Assembly (NCBI GenBank): GCA_017546455.1
Contig: JAFYWY010000038.1
Coordinates: 18,735 to 82,734 of the forward strand
Reading direction: 5' to 3'
Origin: Opitutales bacterium
Lineage (GTDB): Bacteria > Verrucomicrobiota > Verrucomicrobiia > Opitutales > UBA953
Length of the DNA: 64,000 bases
Part shown: positions 56,701 through 64,000 of the stretch, one piece after another
How the letters are laid out: every line of letters begins with the position of its first letter
How positions within the stretch are numbered: position 1 is the first letter of the stretch
The notes under the pieces: generated by a model
Told to the model about the DNA's origin: nothing
What the model saw: the letters and a program-made list of their open reading frames with translations, nothing else
Databases searched by the model: none
Translations under genes and position numbers: made by a program

Positions 56701-57811
56701 TCCGTTCGTAGCGCACGCGCACATCCGCACCCAAGCGAGAGGCTTCGGAGAGCGAGGAGGTGGAAGCCCCGTTGCCGCTGTCGTTCTGCGGGTCAATCGT
56801 TCCCGCAATCGTCAGCGAGCCCGCCGTCCACAGCGTACGGCCGAATTCCAAATCGCCGTAGCCGGCCTTTTCCAAGGCGCCCGTCACGTCAACGGAAACG
56901 GCATCGTTTGCGGAGGCGCTCAAAACGACGCTCCCGCCGGCGACGAAGAACTTACCGGAGTAATCCTTGCTTTCATTCAGCAGCGTGAGCTTTCCGGCAC
57001 CGGTTTTGTAAACGTCGGCATTCCCGTAGATGAGACCGACGGAACCGCCGTTTTCGAGGGTGCCGTCCGGGTCGCCGCTATCCCAAGCGTCGATATGGAT
57101 GTTAACGTGGAAAATATCGTCGGCCGCCTTCTTGGAACCGCCGTTGTTAAACCCGACGTCCAAAACGGAATTCGCCTGATCGTTGTCGGCTCCCGCACGC
57201 AGATTGTTCAGGAAAACGAAAACATTGTCTCCCGCCATGCGGATTTTGGACCCGACGGCGTTGTTGTAAAGGAAACGGCTTTGACCGACATCCAAGCGGG
57301 CGTCGTTCCAAACGGTGATTTTATCCACGCCGACCATTCCGCCTTCGCGCGGCAGGCCGTTGACCATGCTATTGATCTGCGCACCGTAGTCTTTCCAAAG
57401 ATTGACGAAGCCGCTCATCGAGAGCACGCCCGAACGCACGTCCAGCTCGCCGCCGGTCCAGTTCGGAAACTGGAGGTCCGAGTCAAAAGTATCAATCGTC
57501 GAACCCTCATCGCTCGTGCGAATCGAGGGGTTGTTGCCGCCGTGGGCTCCGTAAACCGGATAGACATCCCCGCCGGCGCTCTTACCGAAGATTTCCAAAA
57601 CCCCGGCACCGGTCTTAACAAACGTTCCGTTCCCGACAAAATTCGTCGTAATCGTCAAGTTGGTCTCGTTTGCAACTTCAATTGTCCGATCAGCGTAGTC
57701 GTTGAAAGAGGTCCCCTTCGTCTTGGAATAGTCTTCCGCTTGAGAAAGGAAGGCTCCGGCGAAAAAGCTCGCAGCCAACAAGGTTGTTTTCGTGAGAATC
57801 GGGAAACGCAT
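50795..57811 (-). CDS. Giant autotransporter adhesin-like protein B (PATR-repeat passenger plus beta-barrel)
   Basis: 2338 aa with an ATG start. The signal peptide is MRFPILTKTTLLAASFFAGAFLSQAE. PATR repeats include GNGTFVKTGAGVLEI, GDGNFEKKGAGSLTL, AGHLVKTGTGALTL and GGGTIEKSGAGELTF. The C-terminal barrel (LSPIGYASMIAM ... NLNAGFRRCF) is paralogous to that of protein A. Confidence 0.9.
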   Translation of the reverse strand: MRFPILTKTTLLAASFFAGAFLSQAEDYSKTKGTSFNDYADRTIEVANETNLTITTNFVGNGTFVKTGAGVLEIFGKSAGGDVYPVYGAHGGNNPSIRTSDEGSTIDTFDSDLQFPNWTGGELDVRSGVLSMSGFVNLWKDYGAQINSMVNGLPREGGMVGVDKITVWNDARLDVGQSRFLYNNAVGSKIRMAGDNVFVFLNNLRAGADNDQANSVLDVGFNNGGSKKAADDIFHVNIHIDAWDSGDPDGTLENGGSVGLIYGNADVYKTGAGKLTLLNESKDYSGKFFVAGGSVVLSASANDAVSVDVTGALEKAGYGDLEFGRTLWTAGSLTIAGTIDPQNDSGNGASTSSLSEASRLGADVRVRYERTERQDNNTVQVVFYKEAYFTDPAAGTLVVNNNEAIRNFQSQFANGVAARDANLSAASAIQNAADAADTNAPLVAGTGAGSYLAVKDDAVLAIYQEAGMGGIYKGTICGVNAAGDGAGVNVDGTLAKGGTIVKYGTGDLALILEGANYEKLALLDGGKVVVNITAIDLDPGSYDWTKDAGDATGNWVRDPGLYTSENVNFTLIENATETLKTRLNMKDVHFSTYELIDTVGGAIDVSDGRKPGTIELAVEQRFITGEVFVERGLTLVLTAQDLAGYTDADGNYRYYDVNGSGTYTDAEGNVHSNVAYYKNSEGERVYYYTNAAGSEVVIAGDDLERLSFVDSVAFSGGSVGEAKAVILAGKVGTETDLYQGSRTSTLAFGNTNQEVNNLTGDYWSKVDLGRSTLTVHTTLDSTDGDLALSGQTGNGDVLTYSRFSGAITGVGNFVKDGAKTLTLDGGSMLSYMGATVLEEGALAVTKSQSLWNSSLIWMNEGTSATFAGAQNLVSLVGGDATLSVLGGDLQLGMDASRRSVLNAGYQSADDAALGVIITNELGNSDRVLATYPSAVGGSSEALVKSYLKPILDFCDAGLTKKQAEALVAYFMREPLGSSENEALQELFAREVAQDSLTVADITRLYVKLLAQNANAEGVISGDLTEMVDRLSFNGTLTAENITKIGDDRVTIAGTVDAKSLKIVGGTFEMDVDAYGETSFADGITAAAGATLSINTGTDADQSYVFDKAFSGDGNFEKKGAGSLTLGADVNYFGQTLLSGGNLTMTLRARAASDVKAQGDITVSNADSVLTLDQREPSVDWAGTLVNAGHLVKTGTGALTLSGVTQLGGDLSVKSGALTLKDAVFEGNAKTVSVSVGSTLELNESTAATIDRCFVGGGTIEKSGAGELTFVNTGATAGDFTGTLSVKEGNLYLGTENLLSSGVVTVVEKSGALYLEKSQSFKNLAGSGKVFLSSDAAISLNLKLSNTNKVDYTNSGNVYATTINRNTSTDYSAFGTFSGDIGVYGSTAATAQFGVGGSGTFVFSGDLDERVALSVKDSATLITTALDRDIVLSGEDARVLFATDAEDARLDGKVKAENIGADGAHRLGKIGAGTLIIESSNAVSWIGADLQVLEGTLRLEGSDAFEFNSAVVVSGATLALECAYGVTPNLSEIEGSGTIVLLETDSSSSGTLELTETSMLSSQATDGGRYFNGILDAGSFKIAVTGEGVKLASIQTTGGFETTGQVKLAQNHDTTIGGSFNANVVVSGRGCLKIEDARATGTILVDNGSVQVNAEASKLNNTPTGGLRVKNDASVYFTVDADKSNRLSEVEVRLDAGAKAGTVALVKSGTAKSSLSFDGVTDGGQSMLNVSDALWAAATASQGTKLLLGVNQGELVLSGLNSLHSAIGFTTQKNVNRDTVGTFVINAGEADEALNRSISGNGDVAFRGPKTTTVSVDQAYTGATILEDGSTVRFEKVSLASSLFKVEAGATAKGGIKLVGGDFENDGTVMLDVNNGDSIDYAGNFANNGVIRLTGAAAATRGNELVLFKSLSGKTYSVEEMELLFGNGKLTNGSTALMLAQSEAGVISAYAVGTSFAETKGLHDGLAGSFTDVLDRMSGVAEGRESGIVFESELLADWGPIGVALNRVSAEALPEEVAKLSPIGYASMIAMARNSFENDWRAVAERTSHRRYDSASETRDNGVEFFARAQASIVENASNRDSANFDFNTYGAIAGFDVKPDDFSLYGVALGYDYGSAKLHGNGGKIRSDSIRATAFASALLGDGSFFLDGAAHLGLNNYDIDRSTVVGKAEGETDGWNAGLAATLGRGFILSKDKHSCLFVTPYVGLSYLFSKVDSFDESGDAGLDVDSFDAHSLRGRLGATLDWSFLLGEWDARVSLDVAYQHEFLDDEADIDAQFKQYRDTAFGVSGTIGSSDAFSFAPSVTVNLSERNSISLGYSLQYGTDEQVNHNLNAGFRRCF

Positions 57812-57829
57812 AGGATGAAAGAGTTAAGA

Positions 57830-58990
57830 TTATTCAGTGGGTTCGAGAACAAAGGCCGTGCCTTCCTTGAGCACGTAACCTTCGGGGGATTTTTCTAAAA
57901 TTGCCAAAGCACCGGAGCCGGTCACCGTCGCCAAACGTACAAGCAGCGGCTCAAGGTCCGAAGCGACGACGAGGCGGCACTTCGCTCCGCTTTTCAGGGA
58001 CTGCGTGTTATTGAAAGCAATTTGAAAACGCGTGTTGCTGAGCGCCATCGCGACCTTGCCGGTAATCTTAGCGGGCTCGGCCGGGGAGGCAGCCGGAGCA
58101 CTCTTGGCATCCGCTGCGGGAGCCGCTTCCGGGCTTGTCTGCTCGGGAATATCCGTTGCCACGGCGGGAAGATCCGAGCCGGGCATAATCGCCGAACGCG
58201 CCGCAAAAGCGCCGCGCCAAACCATAATCATACGCTCCTTGAGCGGAAGTAAAATTTCAACCACGCGCGGGCCCACGGGCAACTCCGTCAGCGCACCGTC
58301 CGTCAGCTTCGAAATCACGCCGTCCACCTTGACGACCGCGCCCGTCTGGAGCGCCAAGACCAAGGGAACATCCGGCAACACGATCTTGCCGTCCGGCTTC
58401 TGTGCGGGGATATTTCCGCGCAGGTCGAAATTGACTTTCGCCATCTCTCCGGCACGGATTTTCACGCGGCGCGTTTGGACGCCGTAAACGGAAGAACGGG
58501 CCTCGACGGTCACTTCCTGACCGATCGGCAATCCGCCCATCATCAGCGATCCCTGACCCTTCAATTCGCCGTCCACAAACAGGGCGACATCGACCGGAAG
58601 GCAGGAAACCAGCAGCTCTCCCGTGCGCATTTTCAGCTCGGGAACCAGCTTCGTCACCTCTCCGCCGCGCAACTTTACATTATCGACGCGACAGGGAGCC
58701 TGCGCATTTTCGTGCTCAAAAATAAAAACATGCGTTCCCGAAGGAATCGCCACCGAGTCCAAAATGCCGTCTTTTCCCACAACCCCGACGGGTATTTTCT
58801 CTTCCCCGAACAGGCGAAACACCTGAGTCCCCGGCTCGGCCCGCACGATAAAAAACGGGCGGGCGATCGCCGCCGAAGTCGCTTCGGCAAAGGCTTCAAC
58901 GGGAACAGCCACGCTAAATGCGAACAGCGAAAATGCCCCCAAGAGCCAAGGAACAAACAAAAAATTCTGTAAACGAGTTAAAAAAGACAT
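57830..58990 (-). CDS. Secreted protein with PEGA-like beta-sandwich repeats and a P/A-rich linker
   Basis: 386 aa with an ATG start. The hydrophobic N-terminus is FLFVPWLLGAFSLFAFSVAVPVEAFA. It has segments such as VRAEPGTQVFRLFG and VSCLPVDVALFVDGELKGQG...VTVEARSSVYG that resemble PEGA domains (tentative). The linker is PEQTSPEAAPAADAKSAPAASPAEP. The gene ends 18 nt before autotransporter B. Confidence 0.7.
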   Translation of the reverse strand: MSFLTRLQNFLFVPWLLGAFSLFAFSVAVPVEAFAEATSAAIARPFFIVRAEPGTQVFRLFGEEKIPVGVVGKDGILDSVAIPSGTHVFIFEHENAQAPCRVDNVKLRGGEVTKLVPELKMRTGELLVSCLPVDVALFVDGELKGQGSLMMGGLPIGQEVTVEARSSVYGVQTRRVKIRAGEMAKVNFDLRGNIPAQKPDGKIVLPDVPLVLALQTGAVVKVDGVISKLTDGALTELPVGPRVVEILLPLKERMIMVWRGAFAARSAIMPGSDLPAVATDIPEQTSPEAAPAADAKSAPAASPAEPAKITGKVAMALSNTRFQIAFNNTQSLKSGAKCRLVVASDLEPLLVRLATVTGSGALAILEKSPEGYVLKEGTAFVLEPTE

Positions 58991-59126
58991 CTAAAAAGGG
59001 GAAAATATGAGCAGGGTTTGTTTCCTGCCATAACACAGCTTTTGACCATGGAAGTCAAGCACGCGATTGGAAAGAATGCCCGTCGCAAGATGCGCGAAAA
59101 GAACGCAATTCGCCCGACATAGGCAC

Positions 59127-59158
59127 AAAAAAATCCGAAAGGCGGAAACCTTTCGGAT
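59127..59158 (-). terminator. Rho-independent terminator after the ferredoxin gene
   Basis: The minus strand reads atccgaaagg-tttccg-cctttcggat (10-bp stem, 59133-59158), followed by ttttttt. Confidence 0.75.
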
Positions 59159-59178
59159 TTGTCGGAAAACGGGGATAA

Positions 59179-59412
59179 TTATTCTCCGTCGTCGCCGATT
59201 GCATCGACCGGGCAGGAACCCTTCGCTTCTTCGCAGAGCGCGATTTCTTCGTCCGTCGTCGGTTGCTTGATGACAATCGTCACGCCGTTGTCGTCGTCAC
59301 GGGCAAAGAAGTCGGGTGCCATTTCACGACAAACGTCGCAATCGATGCACTGGTTATCAACGTAGAATTTACCGGGGACGCAGCCCTCGTTTTTGTCTTC
59401 GATATTTGCCAT
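59179..59412 (-). CDS. Small 4Fe-4S (single-cluster type) ferredoxin
   Basis: It has the CIDCDVC...CP cluster motif (YVDNQCIDCDVCREMAPDFF ... GSCPVDAI). I prefer the ATG at 59412 (MANIEDKNEG, 77 aa) over the track start at 59496, whose 28 extra residues have no ferredoxin counterpart. Confidence 0.8.
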   Translation of the reverse strand: MANIEDKNEGCVPGKFYVDNQCIDCDVCREMAPDFFARDDDNGVTIVIKQPTTDEEIALCEEAKGSCPVDAIGDDGE

Positions 59413-59767
59413 AAGGACTTCATAATGCGCGACTTCCCCGTCATTTGTCAAAACTAAAGCAGAGCGCGCAGGTTCCGAACCGACGCGGCGAATCATGCTT
59501 TAGAAACTCTCACGGAGACACAGAGTCACGGAGCGACAACGGAAAGGAAATCGCCACGCTTCCAATTCAAGCTTCTTCGGAGGATTAAGTTTTGGAATAA
59601 AAACAGCAAACGCCACTAGCTCCGGCAACACCCGCAGGCATCAGGCAACATAGGAGACATTTTGTCTCGGCGACAGGAGGTTTGGCATGCGCCTCAACCG
59701 TTCGCCGAGTGTTGATTTCTATTTTCCTTTCTTGAAGCTCCCGCCGCCTTGCGCTAATCTCTCGCGC

Positions 59768-60970
59768 ATGGCTAATAATATTTCCGGTTCACAAGGTCGC
59801 TACGCCGCACGAGGCGTCTCCTCCTCCAAAGATGAAGTTCACGCAGTTGTCGATAAAATCGACAAGGGGCTCTTCCCCGGCGCGTTCTGCAAAATCACGG
59901 AAGACTTCCTCACCGGAAATCCCGAGCTCTGCAACTGCACGCACTCCGACGGCTCCGGCACCAAGTCGCTGCTCGCCTATATGTATTGGAAGGAAACCGG
60001 CGACGCCTCCGTCTATCGCGGAATCGCCCAGGACAGCATCGTCATGAATATCGACGACCTACTCTGCATCGGCGTCACCGGCAATACGATTATTTCCTCG
60101 ACCATCAACCGTAACGCCAAATCCATCCCCGGCGAAGTGCTCGCCCAACTCATCGGCGGGACGGAAGAGTTCCTGCAGATGCTCCGCGACTACGGCGTTG
60201 ATATCCGCTCCGGCGGCGGGGAAACCGCCGATGTCGGCGACCTCACGCCGACCTGCACCGTGGACTCCTGCGCCACCGCCGTTCTCCCGCGCAATCGCGT
60301 CGTCGATGCCGCACGTATCCGCCCCGGTCTCGCCATCGTTTCGCTGGCTTCCTCGGGGACCTGCGCCTACGAGCCGATCGAAAACTCCGGCATCGCCTCC
60401 AACGGTCTCACCTCGGCGCGCCACGAAATGCTTTCCAAATACTACGCGGAAACCTACCCGGAAACCTTTGACAAGCGCATCGACCCGCAATTCGTTTACT
60501 GCGGCCCCTACAAGATGACCGACGCGCTCCCGGGGTCGACGCTCACCGTCGGAAAGGCCCTGCTCTCGCCGACGCGCACCTACGCGCCGTTTGTCCTCCG
60601 CCTACTCAAGGAACTCCCCGTCGAACGCGTTTACGGTTTGATCCACTGCTCGGGCGGCGCCATGACTAAGTGCATCCGCTTCGGCTCCAACGTCCACTTC
60701 ATCAAGGACAATCTCCTTCCCGTGCCGCCGATCTTCAAGGCCATCCGCGAAGCGAGCAAAACGGACGCCGCCGAAATGCACCGCGTTTACAACATGGGCC
60801 AACGCCTCGAAATTTACGTCGAAGAAAACGATGTCCCCGCCGTCCGCCAGATTGCGGACTCCCTCGGCATCGTTTCTCAGATTGTCGGCCACACCGAAGC
60901 CTCGAAAAAGGCAGACGGCGCGAACCACATCACGCTCACGACCGCCGACGGCGAAGTCGTGGAATATTAA
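59768..60970 (+). CDS. purM: Phosphoribosylformylglycinamidine cyclo-ligase (AIR synthase), long Bacteroidetes-like form
   Basis: I trimmed the start to ATG 59768 ([25 protein letters not shown]). [28 protein letters not shown] and HCSGGAMTK are PurM-family blocks. Length is about 400 aa. Confidence 0.85.
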   Translation: MANNISGSQGRYAARGVSSSKDEVHAVVDKIDKGLFPGAFCKITEDFLTGNPELCNCTHSDGSGTKSLLAYMYWKETGDASVYRGIAQDSIVMNIDDLLCIGVTGNTIISSTINRNAKSIPGEVLAQLIGGTEEFLQMLRDYGVDIRSGGGETADVGDLTPTCTVDSCATAVLPRNRVVDAARIRPGLAIVSLASSGTCAYEPIENSGIASNGLTSARHEMLSKYYAETYPETFDKRIDPQFVYCGPYKMTDALPGSTLTVGKALLSPTRTYAPFVLRLLKELPVERVYGLIHCSGGAMTKCIRFGSNVHFIKDNLLPVPPIFKAIREASKTDAAEMHRVYNMGQRLEIYVEENDVPAVRQIADSLGIVSQIVGHTEASKKADGANHITLTTADGEVVEY

Positions 60971-60990
60971 ATTTCTTCGAAATAATTCCG

Positions 60991-61094
60991 AATCGCGAAT
61001 TCCGGATTACGAATGCTTACCATGGAAGGATCGTAATAGCCGTCCGGCTGTTTACCAAAGTCCTTGTAGTAAAAATCATTCGGAATTCGCGATT
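60991..61094. repeat. 14-bp perfect inverted repeat spanning the convergent purM/ABC-exporter intergenic region
   Basis: aatcgcgaattccg (60991-61004) and cggaattcgcgatt (61081-61094) are exact reverse complements, separated by 76 nt. No T-tract follows either arm. Confidence 0.7.
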
Positions 61095-61113
61095 TGCAAC
61101 TGCCTCTTCGAGG

Positions 61114-62913
61114 CTAGACGCCTTGTCGATCGTAGAGCTCTTTGTAGAGAGCGCACGAGCGGTAAAGGGTTTCGTGCGTGCCGTCGCCGACAATGCGGCC
61201 CTGAGAGAAGACGAGGATGCGTTGTGCGATGCGGATAGAGGAGAAACGGTGGGCGACAATGAACGTCGTGCGCCCGCGGGCAAGGTGTTCGAGGCGATCC
61301 TGAATTTTCTTTTCGCTTTCGGAATCGAGCGCGGCCGTCGCTTCGTCGAGAATCAGAATCGGCGCGTCTTTCAAAAAGGCACGGGCAATAGCGAGGCGCT
61401 GGCGCTGCCCGCCGGAAACGCCGCTACCGACATCTCCGAGCTTTTTGTCGAGTCCGTCGGCCTTTAGCGTAAAATCTTCCGCTGCGGCATCGCGAGCCGC
61501 CCGCTCGACGTCTTCGTCGGAAGCCCCTTCCCGGCCGAGACGAATATTCTCGCGAATCGTATCCCGGAACAAGACGGCGTGTTGCGAAACCAAAGCAATG
61601 AACTGCCGCAGGTTTTCCTTTTTCAGGCGGCGCACATCGATTCCGTCGATAAGTACGGCGCCCGAGCTCGCTTCGTAAAAACGGAGAATCAGGCTCGCGA
61701 AAGTCGTCTTCCCCGCGCCGCTGGGACCGACCAGGGCGACGGTCTGTCCGGCGGGAATGCGCACATTGATGTCGCTCAGCACCTGCCGCCCGTTTTCGTA
61801 AGCAAAACCGACATTACGGAATTCGATATCGCCCGAAGCTTTTTCCAGCTTCAGGGGATTTTCCGGATCGGGAATGGAATCCGTTTCCGTCAGGATTTCT
61901 TCGAGACGTTCGAGCGAAGCCTGCGCCTGACTAAACTTATTGAAGGAAACGCCGGTGCGTTTGATGGCGTCTGCCGCAAAGAAAAGAGCCCCCGCAATGG
62001 CCATAAAGTCCGTCAGCTCCATACCGAGCAAGCGCCCGCGGACGAGGACAAAGGCCAGCGCCAGCGCCGTCAAAAACTCCAGAGTCGGCGTCAGCAACTG
62101 CTGATATTTGATGGTTTTGAGCTGGGCGAGGCAGAAGCGGTTGGAGGTTCGCGCCATGCGTTCGACCTGCGTTTTTTCCATCGCATAGGAGCGGATTTCC
62201 CGCTGCGCGGCGAGATTTTCCTGCACGACGGCAGTCATCTCTCCGATGTTTTTCTGGGCTCCGCGCGCTTTGCGGGCAACGCGTTTTCCGAAAATGAGAA
62301 TCGGCGCCAAGGCAACGCCCGCAAACACGGCGCTCGCGACGAACATCGAGGCTTCCGCCTTGTCGCTCAAGACGTAAATGAGAGCCGCGATGGCGCAAAC
62401 GGCGGTGAGCGGCTGCTTCACGATGTCGCTCGAAACCTGAGTAATCATGTTTTGGACGTTCTGGGCGTCCGTAACGATGCGGCTCAGAATATCTCCGCGC
62501 ATCTGTTTTTCGTGGAAGGCGAGCGGCAGTTGCTGAAGCTTGGCAAAGACGCCGACGCGGAGATTTTCGAGGACGCGCATCCCGAAATAATTCACCGCCA
62601 TCGCGTTAATCCACATAGCGATACCGCGCACGACAAAAATAAGCGGCATTGCGGCACACGCAGTAAAGAGTACGGCCTTCCCGAGGTTCTCCGGGCTCAC
62701 ATAAGCGGAAATAAAATCCAAGATCGGCTGCGGCATCGTCGTCGGATCGAAGACCGCGGGGAAGACTTTGTAAATCAGCACCGGAATCCCGAAGCCGCTG
62801 GCCGACGCCGCGATCAGGCCGGAAATCAGCGCCAGAATCAGGTAGCGCTTCACCGGCCAAACGTACCCGGCGTAGTGCAGGATGCGGGAACAGATTTTTT
62901 TGATTTTCCTCAT
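61114..62913 (-). CDS. ABC exporter, fused permease/ATPase (MsbA/multidrug-type), downstream half of a pair
   Basis: 599 aa. It has an N-terminal six-helix TMD, then Walker A GPSGAGKTT, signature LSGGQRQR and Walker B ILILDEATAALD. Its ATG overlaps the upstream gene's stop in ATGA (62910-62913). Confidence 0.9.
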   Translation of the reverse strand: MRKIKKICSRILHYAGYVWPVKRYLILALISGLIAASASGFGIPVLIYKVFPAVFDPTTMPQPILDFISAYVSPENLGKAVLFTACAAMPLIFVVRGIAMWINAMAVNYFGMRVLENLRVGVFAKLQQLPLAFHEKQMRGDILSRIVTDAQNVQNMITQVSSDIVKQPLTAVCAIAALIYVLSDKAEASMFVASAVFAGVALAPILIFGKRVARKARGAQKNIGEMTAVVQENLAAQREIRSYAMEKTQVERMARTSNRFCLAQLKTIKYQQLLTPTLEFLTALALAFVLVRGRLLGMELTDFMAIAGALFFAADAIKRTGVSFNKFSQAQASLERLEEILTETDSIPDPENPLKLEKASGDIEFRNVGFAYENGRQVLSDINVRIPAGQTVALVGPSGAGKTTFASLILRFYEASSGAVLIDGIDVRRLKKENLRQFIALVSQHAVLFRDTIRENIRLGREGASDEDVERAARDAAAEDFTLKADGLDKKLGDVGSGVSGGQRQRLAIARAFLKDAPILILDEATAALDSESEKKIQDRLEHLARGRTTFIVAHRFSSIRIAQRILVFSQGRIVGDGTHETLYRSCALYKELYDRQGV

Positions 62914-64000
62914 GCGCCGTTCCCTCCCGTAGATACCTGCTTGTCGTAAAGATCTCTGTAAAGTGCAGAGCGCACGTAAAGCTCCTCATGCGAACCGTCG
63001 GCAACGATTCTTCCCGCGTCGAAAACGAGAATGCGTTGTGCCCGGCGAATCGTAGAAAATCGGTGCGCGATGATAAACGTCGTTCGTCCCTGCATGAGCT
63101 CGTCCAAAGAACGCTGAATTTTTTCTTCGCTAAGCATGTCGAGCGAAGCCGTCGCTTCGTCAAGAATAAGCACCGGCGCATTCTTCAAAAACGCGCGGGC
63201 GATTGAAACGCGCTGACGCTGGCCGCCGGACAGCCCCTCGCCGTCTTCGCCGACAGCCCGATCGTAGCCTTCCTTACGCTCGTAAATAAATTCGTCCACC
63301 GCAGCCAGTTTTCCCGCCGCTTCGACTTCCGCATCGCTCGCAGACGGCTTGCCCATCCGGATGTTTTCGCGGACGGTTCCCTTGAACAGCACCGGCGACT
63401 GCGAAACCAGACCGATGTATTGCGTCCGGTCGGCGCGGGCAATGTCTTTCAGGCTTGCCCCGTCGAGGCGCACGGTTCCCGTTGCGGGATCGTAGAAGCG
63501 GCAAATGAGGTTGATGAAAGTCGTCTTACCCGAACCGCTGGGGCCGACAAGCGCAACGATTTGCCCGGCGGGAAAAGTCACGTGAATATCCTTCAGAACG
63601 GGGACACCCGGCTTGTAAGCGAAGCTGACATGTTCGAAGGCAATTTCGCCCCGCACGCGCTCGAATTTTACGGGTTCTTTCGGCTCCGGCATTTCGTCTT
63701 TCGCGAACAGCACGGCATCGATTCCTCCCAGCATCGTCGTCGCCACCTGCAGCGTGTTGTAAACATTTCCGAGACGCTTTATCGGGTCGTAGCAATAATA
63801 GAGCGCCAGGGCAATTGCCGTAAACTGCGCCAAATCGATGCCGCCGCTCACCCCGAAATAGAGCGAGACCGAGAGCGCCACGACGCTAAGGATTTCGATA
63901 ATCGGCGTCAGCGCCTGCTTCCAGGCCTGCATTTTGAAAATCGCATTAACGAAAAGGCGAATCTTCGCGCGCAAGAGCACGGTCTGCTGTTCTTCGAGCC
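62910..64000 (-). CDS. ABC exporter, fused permease/ATPase, upstream half of the pair; 5-prime end lies outside the window
   Basis: The frame stays open to nt 64000; the track's GTG at 63980 is internal. Walker A is GPSGSGKTT, signature LSGGQRQR and Walker B VLILDEATASLD. Only the last part of the TMD is visible. Confidence 0.9.
   Translation of the reverse strand, partial: LEEQQTVLLRAKIRLFVNAIFKMQAWKQALTPIIEILSVVALSVSLYFGVSGGIDLAQFTAIALALYYCYDPIKRLGNVYNTLQVATTMLGGIDAVLFAKDEMPEPKEPVKFERVRGEIAFEHVSFAYKPGVPVLKDIHVTFPAGQIVALVGPSGSGKTTFINLICRFYDPATGTVRLDGASLKDIARADRTQYIGLVSQSPVLFKGTVRENIRMGKPSASDAEVEAAGKLAAVDEFIYERKEGYDRAVGEDGEGLSGGQRQRVSIARAFLKNAPVLILDEATASLDMLSEEKIQRSLDELMQGRTTFIIAHRFSTIRRAQRILVFDAGRIVADGSHEELYVRSALYRDLYDKQVSTGGNGA

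Noticed and set aside
51926-57898. 1990-aa stop-free plus-strand ORF opposite autotransporter B
   Set aside because: The reasoning is the same as for the ORF opposite autotransporter A. The antisense frame of a repeat-rich GC-biased gene has Arg-rich junk composition and extends past the real gene's start.
59048-59122. 24-codon basic plus-strand ORF (MEVKHAIGKNARRKMREKNAIRPT) between the PEGA-like and ferredoxin genes
   Set aside because: It is too short, has no Shine-Dalgarno-like sequence and matches no family I recognise. It cannot be supported from sequence alone.
59413-59767. Looked for a purine or ZTP riboswitch, tRNA or other ncRNA in the long non-coding stretch upstream of purM
   Set aside because: I saw no match to the conserved cores I remember for those riboswitches and no tRNA-like T-arm. 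Only a short gagaca-tttt-tgtctc hairpin (59653-59668) and CACGGAG direct repeats are present. A covariance-model scan would be needed.

Overview
This 64-kb window comes from a moderately GC-rich bacterium. It is probably a member of the PVC superphylum, inferred from the autotransporter repeat type, direct fusA-rpsJ adjacency and generally weak Shine-Dalgarno sites; I cannot verify this here.

Layout:
(i) 1-4.6 kb is a lower-GC accessory islet. It holds a type I R-M methylase (hsdM), an AlbA_2/Schlafen-type DNA-binding protein and a COG1373 AAA+ ATPase. The AlbA_2 gene runs off the left edge, is missing from the ORF track and carries an in-frame 12-bp tandem repeat. The ATPase is preceded by several perfect inverted repeats.
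(ii) 4.6-9.3 kb holds acnA, holB, tadA and a small RHH protein.
(iii) 9.5-28.0 kb is one uninterrupted minus-strand str-S10-spc-alpha ribosomal superoperon, rpsL through rplQ, with 30 recognised genes. It lacks tuf, rpmD, adk, infA and rpmJ. It contains one extra signal-peptide ORF wedged between rpsS and rplV.
(iv) 28-38.5 kb holds a GYF-domain membrane protein, an unknown 470-aa protein, typA, a large TPR-like secreted protein next to an orphan ExbB/TolQ-like channel, and an ABC-F ATPase.
(v) 38.6-59.0 kb is an outer-membrane island. It has three autotransporters (a 1428-aa subtilase type, plus 2426 and 2338 aa), a PEGA-like secreted protein and an isolated ptsH.
(vi) 59-64 kb holds a ferredoxin, purM and a two-gene ABC exporter that runs off the right edge.

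I saw no rRNA, tRNA, CRISPR array, transposase or integrase. I cannot demonstrate a complete new multi-gene system from sequence alone. The best leads are the ORF inserted in the S10 operon, the autotransporter/subtilase/PEGA island with non-repeat insert modules, the inverted-repeat array in front of the COG1373 ATPase, the in-frame tandem repeat in the AlbA_2 gene, and the TPR/orphan-ExbB pair. The very long ORFs opposite acnA, fusA, secY and the autotransporters are judged antisense artefacts. The ORF track uses ATG, GTG and TTG as starts, so several N-termini were trimmed to better-supported ATGs.
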